A stretch of 64,000 nucleotides of DNA, taken from contig NC_068989.1 in NCBI RefSeq assembly GCF_001194135.2, positions 88,325,639 through 88,389,638 on the forward strand. The letters are read 5' to 3'. A program made the translations under genes and the position numbers. The stretch comes from Octopus bimaculoides. Taxonomy: Eukaryota. Each line of letters starts with the position of its first letter. Position 1 is the stretch's first letter. Shown one piece after another: positions 49,001-59,178 of the stretch. The notes under the pieces are model-generated. The model was not told the origin of the DNA and did no database searches. It worked only from the letters and a program-made list of their open reading frames with translations.

Positions 49001-50789
49001 GAGATTCCAGGTACAGATTTTAAAACAATAACGGTACACTAGAATAACATTCAACAATCAATATGTGTATGCGCATGCATGTGTAATTGTATAAATGCAT
49101 GTATATGTACACATAAGTATCTCTAAACATCTGTGTGTATACATACATAAGTATGTATATACAAGTGTGAAATTTGTATACAAATATATATCCGTGTACT
49201 TTTCTGGTTCTCTGTATGCGCATGCATCTGTATATTAATAATGCACATATATACATATATATATTTATAATAATGTATAATAATATACACGCATACATAA
49301 TCAATATTATTATTAAAAAATAAAATAATTTTAAATCTTTTAAAGATTTTTGAAAGAAATATTTCGAGTTGTTTTAGCTGTATTCCCACATACGTGTGTG
49401 TGTGTGTGTGTGTGTGTGTATGGACATGCATGATGTGTGAGTGTATGTGTGTGCAAGTGAGTTTGTGCATGTATATGTGTATAAATGCATGCACACATGT
49501 TCCTAAACACACTTGTGCGTGTTTATATGTATACAGGTATGTGTATATGCTCACACACATACATGCATTTATATATATACACACATGCATATACATATTT
49601 TTATATATATACACATATACACACATATATATAAATAAATATACTTATATATATATATGTACATACATACAAACACATGTTCATACACATATACACATTC
49701 CTACACATGTACATACACAGAACCCAATTTACAGGTGCATTAGAATATAAAGTAATTCAAGAAATAGTGCCATAATACCATTAATCAAAACAAGTCAAAT
49801 CTTAACAGCAACCAGAACAACAACAAGACCAAAGCCATCTGACATAGGCATGAGATTTTAGCTTTATTTAATTAGAGATATTGCAATTTTTGATATTCAT
49901 GATAGAAATAAGTAAAATAGTGCCAGCAGCACAGAGAAACTAATTTACACAGTTCTATATGGAACTTCTCAGCTTAACATAAGACACATCATGAAAACTA
50001 TCTACAACAACATTTGCCATGGTAATAACAATGATGGCTTCTAACATACTTTTATAATTTGTTTTAATTAACCCTTCAGCATTCACATTATCCTGTCAAA
50101 TGCAATACTTATTTATTCACATTGTTTTGTATTAATCATTCATTATTTTGTAGCTTTGAAATTTTTATGAGGTAACTCGATTTTTAGAATGATATTGTAG
50201 GGTTGGTGTAAGAAGCTAGATCTGACTAGTTTGAGCATAAAACAGATAGAATAATTTGGCTGGATATGGCCAGTTTTTTAAATGCTAAAGAGTCAAAGGA
50301 AGAAGTGGGCAGAACCCATGATATTTTGAAGATTTTCCATAATTTGGCATGGAAAAGTAACCAAGAAACATGTGGCCGTTAAACTCATGTAATGATTTTG
50401 GTTTATCATCTAAGAAAAGATACAATCTACCTGATGGATTTCCATGCTATTTCCATTTCCTCAATTCAATTCATAAAACAAGGATTAGTCTAAGACTATT
50501 GTAGAAGGTATTTACCCAGTGCAGTGGCATCAAACTCAAGCAACTGTGACACTTACTTCTAACAGAAACAAGGCCCAAATGTTTGCAACAAAATGGATTC
50601 AACTGAAGGCACCCAAAAAGACAGGTGATAGAGTTACACCAGATAATAGATTAAACCTATCATCCATGAAAAGATATAGTCCAGATAAGAAAATTGGGCT
50701 TCCACACAGTTTCCATTTATCCAGCTTCATTGACAAAGCTTTGTCAGCGACTTATACCACTTCAGCACCACTAATAATAATAATATTCC

Positions 50790-51445
50790 TTTCAACTATA
50801 GGCACAAGATCTGAAATTTGTGGGGAGGGGGACTAGTCAATTAAACTGACCCCAGTGTTTCACTGGTACTTAATTTATCCACCCCAAAAAGGTGAAAGGC
50901 AAAGCCAACCTCAGCAGAATTTGAACTCAGAACACAGAGAAGGGTGAAATACCGCTAAGCATTTTGCCTAGTGTGCTAACAATTCTGCTGGCTTGCTGTC
51001 TTAATAATAATAATAATAATAATAATAATGGTTTCAAAATTTGTGACATGGGCAGCAGTTTTGGGGGAGGGGATGAGTCGATTACATCGACCCTCGTGTT
51101 CAACTGGTACTTAATATTATCAACCCTGAAAGGATGAAAGATAAAATTGACCTCGGTGGAATTTGAACTCAGAACATAGTGACAGACAAAATACTACTAA
51201 ACATTTCGTCTGACACACTCACAATACTGCCAGCTCAATCCTTCCTACTAAAGGCCTGAAATTTTTGGGGAGGATACTAGCTGATTACATCAACCCCAGT
51301 GTTTCACTGGTAATTAATTTATTGACCCTGAAAAGAGGAAAGACAAAGTCAACCTCAGAGGGATTTGAACTCAGAATGTGCAGACGGGTGAAATGTCGTG
51401 AAGCATTTTACCTGGCTTGTTAATGATTCTGCCAGCTCGCAATGA
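50790..51445 (-). mobile_element. Array of three SINE-B copies (minus strand)
   Basis: Three head-to-tail reverse-complement units with (TAA)n linkers. Confidence 0.78.
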
Positions 51446-51999
51446 TAATAATGATGACGATGACGATGATGAATTGTAACATCAATACAAAATGGCTGCA
51501 AGATTTCAGTAGATTAAATCATCCCCAGTATCAAATAACTTGTTCCAGTTATTGGACAGCAGCCATGTTGGGGCACCAACTTGAAAGATTTAATTGAACG
51601 AATAAACCCCAGTACATACCCATGTCAGGAACTTATTCTATTTTGTCTTTTGCCAAAGTGCTAAGTTACAGGGATGTAAACAAACCAACACCATTTGTCA
51701 AGCAGTGAAAAAGTGACAAACACACACACACACACATAAACACAACAGGCTTCCACACAGTTTCTATCTACCAAATTCATTCACAAGGTATTGGTTCACC
51801 TGGACCTATAATGGAAGACACTTGCCGAAGGTGCTGTGCAGGGGAATTGAACTTGAAACCAATTGGTTGCAAGGCAAGCCTTTTTACACAACCACACCTG
51901 TGCCTTTGTACTTTACTTAACCCAAATTTTCCTTTTTTTCTTTAATCCCAGGACTTACTTGATTTTACTGACCTCAGAAGAATGAAAGACAGCAGCAGC

Positions 52000-52310
52000 A
52001 GCCGTCGTCGTCGTCTTTGAACTCTTGAAATCTTGCATGAGTAGCAGGTTAGCTGCTTGCAGACTAGGATACCACACTACCTGTTCTCTTCAACTATCAA
52101 ATACTTTCCTGATGATTATGGTCGTACCAAGGAGGCAAACTTTTCACAACAGCTCTACTGGGCACTCCATTCCCATTTCCGTTATATTCCTCTCAATATC
52201 TTCTGATACTATCCACAAGGCTCTACAATAATTGGCACTATCTTCCCCTTTTTCAATGCCCACAGTTGAGCTCTCTCATGTCTAAAAGCACTGTATATGT
52301 CTATTATTGA
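52000..52310 (-). mobile_element. R4/Dong-like (restriction-like endonuclease) non-LTR retrotransposon 3' fragment
   Basis: With one frameshift reads YSAFRHERAQLWALKKGKIVPIIV / ALWIVSEDIERNITEMGMECPVELL*KVCLLGTTIIIRKVFDS*, resembling the RLE-LINE C-terminus (VIPVVIGALG...LLQKxxLLGTARIIRKVL). Followed by a 3' UTR and a (gac)n(gct)n tail. Confidence 0.65.
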
Positions 52311-52679
52311 GTGAGAGAACAGTGCATGCCAACAAAGTGACACTGAAGTACAAATCTACAAAGCCCAGTATACCCATTATGACTACCCATCTGATAAGGG
52401 TACACCAGGCACATGCATCTCAACCATATGTGTGCGACATGGTGATTTCATATCAAGATAAATGGTACATAACTTTGCAGAGCCCATCCTGCTCAAAGGG
52501 TTGTTTAAGGATGTGAATTATTCAAACCCCAAAGAATTCCTCTCAACACACGGCTATGATGCTCCCCCAGTACTCCTGCTCATGACCAGAGATGCACTAA
52601 GGGATATGCTCAACTGGTTAAGGTCAAGCAACTGACAAGCAAATCTGTGGTATTGAGCAGAATATTTGCTGTAGCCCAT

Positions 52680-53121
52680 CTGGCAGAATTGTTGGCCTGC
52701 CAGGTGAAATGCTTACCGGTATTTCGTCTGCCACTGCATTCTGAGTTTAAATTCCGCCGACATCAACTTTGCTTTCATCCTTTCAGGGTTGATAAGATAA
52801 ACAGCAGCTGAACACCAGAGTTGATATAATTGACTCATTCCCTACCCCAAAATCGCTCACCTTGTGGCAAAATTTGAAACTATTATCGTTGTCATCATCA
52901 TTAATGCGGCAAGCTGCCAGAATCGTTAGCACATCAAACAAAAAGCTTAGTGGCAATTTGCCTATCTTTACATTCAAAGTTCAAATTCCACCATGGTCAA
53001 CTTTGCCTTTCATCCTTTCAGGGTCAATAAATAAGTACCAGTGAAACACTGGGGTCAATGTAATCAACTTACACCCTTCTCAAAATTGCTGGCGTTGTGC
53101 CAAAATTTGAAATCATTATCA

Positions 53122-53153
<32 letters not shown>

Positions 53154-53375
53154 GTTATGAAGTGGCGAGCTGGCAGAATCGTTAGCACGCCAGGCGAAAT
53201 GTTTAGCAATATTTTATCTGTCTTTACATTCTGAGTTCAAATTCCGCCAAGGTCAACTTTGCCTTTCATCCTTTCAGGGTTGATAAACTAAGTACCAGTT
53301 GAATACTGGGGTCGATCTAATTGACTAGCCCCCCCTCTCCCAAAATTTCGGGCCTTGTGCCTAGAGTAGAAAAGA
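52680..53375 (+). mobile_element. Array of three SINE-B copies (plus strand)
   Basis: Three head-to-tail units with (ATT)n/(CAT)n linkers. Confidence 0.78.
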
Positions 53376-53688
53376 TTATTATTATTATTCTTCCTTTTAT
53401 GAGCCTACACAGGTCCAAGTGTTGGCCACAATGCTATGAAGAAATGCAACAAATCAGAAACAATGGAGGATTTGCATCAAGTAAAAGAGTGACATCAGCA
53501 ATAACAACAAAAACATTAATAATAACAAAGAGATTATAATAAATGGCAATAACAGAAAATAACAACAAAAAGGATCCCCAAAATGAGGTGGAAGAGCAAT
53601 CACACGGTGATTTGGGGCACCCTACACACAATTCTCAACTCACAAAGAGTGCCTTCTCTCAGTTCATGCTACCAACATACTACAACAT

Positions 53689-54075
53689 CGTCGTGACACT
53701 CCGTTGGTTACGACGACGAGGGTTCCAGTTAATCTGATCAACAGAACAGCCTGCTCATGAAAGTAACGTGCAAGTGGCTGAGCACTCCTCAGACACGTGT
53801 ACCCTTAACATAGTTCTCGGGGAGATTCAGCGTGACACAGATTGTGAGAAGGCCGTCCCCTTTAAAATGCAGGTACAACAGAAACAGGAAGAAAGAGTGA
53901 GAAAAAGTTGTGGTGAAAGAGTACAGCAGGGTTCGCTACCATCCCCTGCCGGAGCCTCGTGGAGCTTTATGTGTTTCCACTCAATAAACACTCACAACGC
54001 CCGGTCTGGGAATCAAAACCGCAATGCTACAACTGCGAGTCCGCTGCCCTAACCACTGGGCCATTGCACCTCCAC
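53689..54075 (-). mobile_element. SINE-C full length
   Basis: Reverse complement of 43998-44393; TSD acta(c/g)aacat at 53679-53688 and 54076-54085. Confidence 0.85.
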
Positions 54076-54096
54076 ACTAGAACATAGAAAAGGCCC

Positions 54097-54290
54097 ATTT
54101 CTTCTTCTTAAATCTTTTAACTGTGTATGGAGTTTTAGGGTGCCAACAAAAGACCTCCATCTGTCTCCATCTTGCACTTGTTCCCAGACAGTGCTTCAGT
54201 TTCTATGGACCTTCTGCATGTTGTTTTTGGTCTGCAACACTTCCATTTCCCTTGGGGTGACCACTGGAGGGCTTGCCTTGTAATGTTGGA
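54097..54290 (-). mobile_element. RTE LINE extreme 3' end with (AAG)n tail
   Basis: NITRQALQWSPQGKWKCCRPKTTCRRSIE... resembles ITRQALxWNPQGKRxRGRPRNTWRRSVE; ends ttaagaagaagaa. Confidence 0.7.
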
Positions 54291-54886
54291 GAGAAATATA
54301 GGAGAGACTAGAGCGGCAGGGGTTGCGGTAGATATGTGAAGGTGTTGAGGGCGATAGCAGATGAGTGAGGCGTTAATGATGGAGAACAGCACAGAGGACA
54401 AAAGGTGAAGAAAGGAGGTGATTAGTGGAGACAGTGGGGAGGTGAGGATAATGGTTATTGGAAGTAGTTGGGGATGGGGGAGGTAACTGAGGAAGCTGGG
54501 TAAGGCAGTATGTGCCTATTCTGCTCTCGATACAGAAGTGATGGGTGTTAGATGAAATGTGGAGAGAAAAGGTTGATGGGGCTGAGAGAATGCAAGCAGA
54601 GCCCTTCATGAACAAGCATTACCAGAGTGGTTTTAGGATATCTGATACCTTGCTGTACTCATGAAGACCTGTCCACCACAGCAGAATTGATATCCTGGTC
54701 CTTTGTCATGTCCTTTGTAAGGACAAGTACAACATAGGAGTTGTTTCAAGGACACAATAATAATCATTATCATCATTTTAATGTCTGCTTTTCCAGGCTT
54801 GCATAGGTTAGACAGATTTCCTATGGCCAGAAGTCCTTCCTGTTGTCAATCCTCACTTGCTTCCAAGCAAAATAATAATTCCCCAT

Positions 54887-55300
54887 GAAGGCGCAGGAGT
54901 GGCTGTGAGGTAAGTAGCTTGCTTACCAACCACATGGTTCCGGGTTCAGTGCCACTGCGTGGCACCTTGGGCAAGTGTCTTCTACTATAGCCTTGGGCCG
55001 ACCAAAGCCTTGTGAGTGGATTTGGTAGACGGAAACTGAAACAAGCTCGTCGTATATATGTATATATATATATGTATGTGTGTGTATATGTTTGTGTGTC
55101 TGTGTATGTCCCTCATCAACATCGCTTGACAACCGATGCTGGTGTGTTTACATCCCCGTAACTTAGCGGTTCAGCAAAAAAGACCGATAGAATAAGTACT
55201 AGGCTTACAAAGAATAAGTCCTGGGGTCGATTTGCTCGACTAAAGGCGGTGCTCTAGCATGGCCAGTCAAAAGACTGAAACAAGTAAAAGAGTAAAAGAG
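54887..55300 (+). mobile_element. SINE-A full length (tRNA head, ccttgggcaagtgtctt core, internal (TA)n/(TG)n, aaaga tail)
   Basis: A-box tggctgtgaggtaag, B-box ggttcagtgcc; two conserved halves separated by a microsatellite; about 20 copies in the window. Confidence 0.88.
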
Positions 55301-55307
55301 CAGAGAG

Positions 55308-55344
<37 letters not shown>

Positions 55345-56025
55345 TAATACTGAACACTGTATTGGTAGAAAAATATTCTTTATTTGTGGCTAAACAAAGC
55401 TACCAATGGTTTCATGTAGAGGGATTCATTTTGGAGACAAGTACCAACGTTGCCATGTGGCAGGCTTGACGATTGTTAAGAGATTCCTCTTTACATTCGT
55501 ACATACATACATATGTATATGATGGGCTTCTTTCTGTTTCCTTCTAAAAATTCACTTGCAAAATTGACTCACAAGGCATTGGTTGGCCCAGGACCATAGC
55601 AGAAGACATTTACCCAAGGTGCCACACAGTGGGACTGAACCTGAAACCATGTGGATGGGAAGCAAATGACCACAGAGCCATGCTTGCATATAATAACTAT
55701 GATAATGATGCATTTAAATTAGCTATGAGATCAATTATGGGGTAAATTCTGTACAGTGAAACTGGAGTTCAACAATGGAATCAACTGCATGAGATGAACT
55801 GGTGTTCATTTTTAAGTGACCATCATGGGACAAAAAGCAAAACTGACCATGGTATGTCTAATATGGAGTATTGGTAGGAATCTGTAAATAATCTCTTTTG
55901 ATAAGGCTTAACAACATTGCTACCTTTTATGCTTGTTTCGTTGTTATTTAGAAAGAAATATTTGACACAACATTGTAAAATATTAGAGAGAAAGGTGAAG
56001 AGTTACGTAAGAGAGGGAGAATTTT

Positions 56026-56065
<40 letters not shown>

Positions 56066-56218
56066 AGAGTTGAGTGAGTGAGTGATGCAGGGTCAGAAGA
56101 GGGGAAAATATAGAAAGAAAGGAGAGAATAAGAAGAAGTGTAGATAATAAGTTACAAAAGACATACGCAAAAAAGAAAAGGTAATGATAAAAAAAAGAGA
56201 AGAGGAAAAGAATGAGGT

Positions 56219-56250
<32 letters not shown>

Positions 56251-56482
56251 GAAGACCAAGAAGAGAAAGAGAAAGACAGAGGTGATTGGAAGACAGACAA
56301 GATAGGATGCCAGTATGTAAAATGTGATAGACAGAAAGATGGAAAGGAGAATAGGTAGAGAGAGAGAGAGAGAGAGAAAGATGAAGACAACTTGAATTCT
56401 ACGTGCCTGTCATGACTAGATGAGAGTGAGTATTGAGCCGCAAACTGAGCAAAAATGTCCCCTCTGTACAGTTGGAACTCAC

Positions 56483-56570
56483 CTGCGTCAAAGTGCTACC
56501 ATCTTGGTAACAAATTAGAGTTATAAATAGCCATGTTTAGCTAATAATGTTGCCCTTGGGATGCAAGCTC
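56483..56570 (-). other. TLK: Candidate non-coding 5'-UTR exon of TLK (88 bp) with two uORFs
   Basis: Strong acceptor (t)n-ggtctattccag| and donor GCAG|gtgagt in unique sequence. Contains uORFs MAIYNSNLLPRW* and MVAL*. The frame leading into the 39140 exon has an upstream stop and no ATG. Confidence 0.45.
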
Positions 56571-56783
56571 CTGGAATAGACCAAAAAAAAAAAAAATTAC
56601 ATTAATAGGAATTAAAAAAGAAAATTGAAGAAAACAAACAAGCAATTTTGAAAAAGAATTTCCTCATTTAGATTTTGACACATTTAAATTTTAAATCTTA
56701 GGTTCAACAATTATTTCTATCAAACGGATATATTTCGGAGAAGACTTTAGTTGATTAGTTCAACCCTGGAATTTGACTGGTAC

Positions 56784-57173
56784 GTTGTTGTTGGTACTCC
56801 GTCGCTTACGACGTCGAGGGTTCCAGTTGATCCGATCAACGGAACAGCCTGCTCGTGAAATTAACGTGCAAGTGGCTGAGCACTCCACAGACACGTGTAC
56901 CCTTAACGTAGTTCTCGGGGATATTCAGCGTGACACAGTGTGACAAGGCTGACCCTTTGAATTACAGGCACAACAGAAACAGGAAGTAAGAGTGAGAGAA
57001 AGTTGTAGTGAAAGAGTACAGCAGGGTTCACCACCATCCCGCTGCCGGAGCCTCGTGGAGCTTTAGGTGTTTTCGCTCAATAAACACTCACAACGCCCGG
57101 TCTGGGAATTGAAACCGCGATCCTGTGACCGCGAGTCCGCTGCCCTAACCACTGGGCCATTGCACCTCCACTC
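56784..57173 (-). mobile_element. SINE-C full length, young
   Basis: Reverse complement of 43998-44393 with CpGs retained and a (caa)n tail; TSD atttgactgg(t/c)ac at 56771-56783 and 57174-57186. Confidence 0.88.
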
Positions 57174-57506
57174 ATTTGACTGGCACATGGCGTTGTCGAC
57201 TTACAACCGATCAACTTTACAACAATTGGCATGTCAGCTCCCAGCAGCAATAATAAACGGTCCAGTTGAAATATAATGGCTTTAATATCTTAGGAATTAA
57301 CCCGTCTACAGATGATGTCAGCTAACAAACGCTTCCCTAGGTTTGGTTATCAAATGCCACTGCATGTATATGAGACAGGACCTGATTAGGGGAAAAAACC
57401 TTAACTTTAAATTATAAGTGTCAAAGAATGATAATACTGCTTGCCATCTATGTAATGTCTAGCAACTTATGTGGAGGACTGGAATGTAACCCAATACACA
57501 ATAGGC

Positions 57507-57613
57507 CAGTGGTTCCCAACCCTTTTTATTTAAATGAGTTTTCCTACAGACACCCCTTTTAATGTGTACCCTTAAGTGTGTGTGTGTATATAAATATGAT
57601 GATGATGATGATG

Positions 57614-57646
<33 letters not shown>

Positions 57647-57718
57647 TTTGAATTTAGTTCACAGACCCCCCCCCCCCCAGTACTACTACCTTTGCAGACC
57701 CCAGGATGGGAACCACTG
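57507..57718 (+). mobile_element. hAT-type MITE
   Basis: TIRs cagtggttcccaac / gatgggaaccactg; 8-bp flanks caataggc and caacagac (6/8 match). Confidence 0.72.
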
Positions 57719-58009
57719 CAACAGACTGTATTGAACATCCCATGTTGGTTTGACTTTATCCTATAGCATTTAAACCAACCATATTCAGCTCAAATATTCT
57801 ACCCATCTTATGTTACAAATGGCCAGATCCAACCTATCACACTTATGCTACACTGTCATCCTAAGAATAAGCAATTACATCATTGAAATTGGAAACTATT
57901 GAGTGGTGAGGGAACTTGGTGGGGAAGAAGGATCAATGTCCTCAATCAGTGGAGTGAGTTGTGTCACAAGAACTAGTTGAATCACCATGGCATTGATCAC
58001 CAAGCCGAT

Positions 58010-58720
58010 CAATGTGCCTTTAGTGATTAAAGCTAACTAGGTCAACACACCATTAACCAATAAATCTAGCTGGGTCACTGTAAGAAGGTCAATACATCCT
58101 CAGTTGAAAGATCTAGAAGGAGAATGCAATAGCGACAAACAGAGTTACCTGGACCAACAAAGATGATTAGATTGTAATGTCCTCAACTTGCAGACATAGT
58201 TAAGTCATCTTGACCTCAACCTGTGAACCAAGTTGTGCCACCATGTCGTTAACTAAAAGCCTAATTCATTCACCATATCCTCAACCTACAAACAAACTAA
58301 TTAAATCAACAGGTCCTCAAGCATCACAGTCAGTTAATATACCATTTCCTTGCAAACTAAGTTGGGTTCTTATGTCCTCAAGAGCCTGCAAACCTAATAG
58401 GGTCATTGTGACCTTAACCTGCCAACTTAGTCAGGTCACCATGACCTTAACTTGCAAACTTAGTTGGGTTAGTGTAACCTCAACCTTCAATTCCTACATA
58501 GATCACAGTGCCCTCAACTTGTAAATCTAGTTGGGTCACTATGACCTCAACTGCTAAACTGGATTGGGTCACTTTATCCTGAACCTGCAGACCTAGTTAA
58601 GTCAACAGGCACAAGATGTCCTTTCAAACCTAACCCCTGAATCACAGGTCGTAAGGTAGCTGTGATAGTCAGGCCAACATAAATTCAACAAACAGAACCA
58701 GTTGGGTCAACATGAACTCA
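58010..58720. repeat. Degenerate 33-bp minisatellite (core about 58330-58610)
   Basis: Recurrent acctagttgggtcactatgacctcaacttgcaa-like units. Confidence 0.75.
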
Positions 58721-58747
58721 ATCGATACAAGCTTCTGAGTTAAAACA

Positions 58748-58910
58748 AACAGGAGTGGCTGTGTGGTAAGTAGCTTGCTTACCAACCACATGGTACCGGG
58801 TTCAGTCCCATTGCATGGTATCTTGGGCAAGTGTCTTCTACTATAGCCTCAGGCCGACCAAAGCCTTGTGAGTGGATTTGGTAGATGGAAACTGAAAGAA
58901 GCCCGTCGTA

Positions 58911-58993
<83 letters not shown>

Positions 58994-59178
58994 TTGTGTG
59001 TCTAGCATTGCTTGACAACCAATGCTGGTGTGCTTATGTCCCCATCACTTAGCAGTTCGGCAAAAGAGACTGATAGAATAAGCACTAGGCTTACAAAGAA
59101 TAAGTCCCGGGGTCAATTTGCTCAACTAAAGGCGGTGCTCCAGCATGGCCACAGTCAAATGACTGAAACAATTAAAAG
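58748..59178 (+). mobile_element. SINE-A full length
   Basis: Near-identical to 54887-55300 with a longer internal (TA)n. Confidence 0.85.

Noticed and set aside
57480-57497. miR-1-like seed tggaatgtaa
   Set aside because: The match ends after 10 nt and there is no complementary arm.
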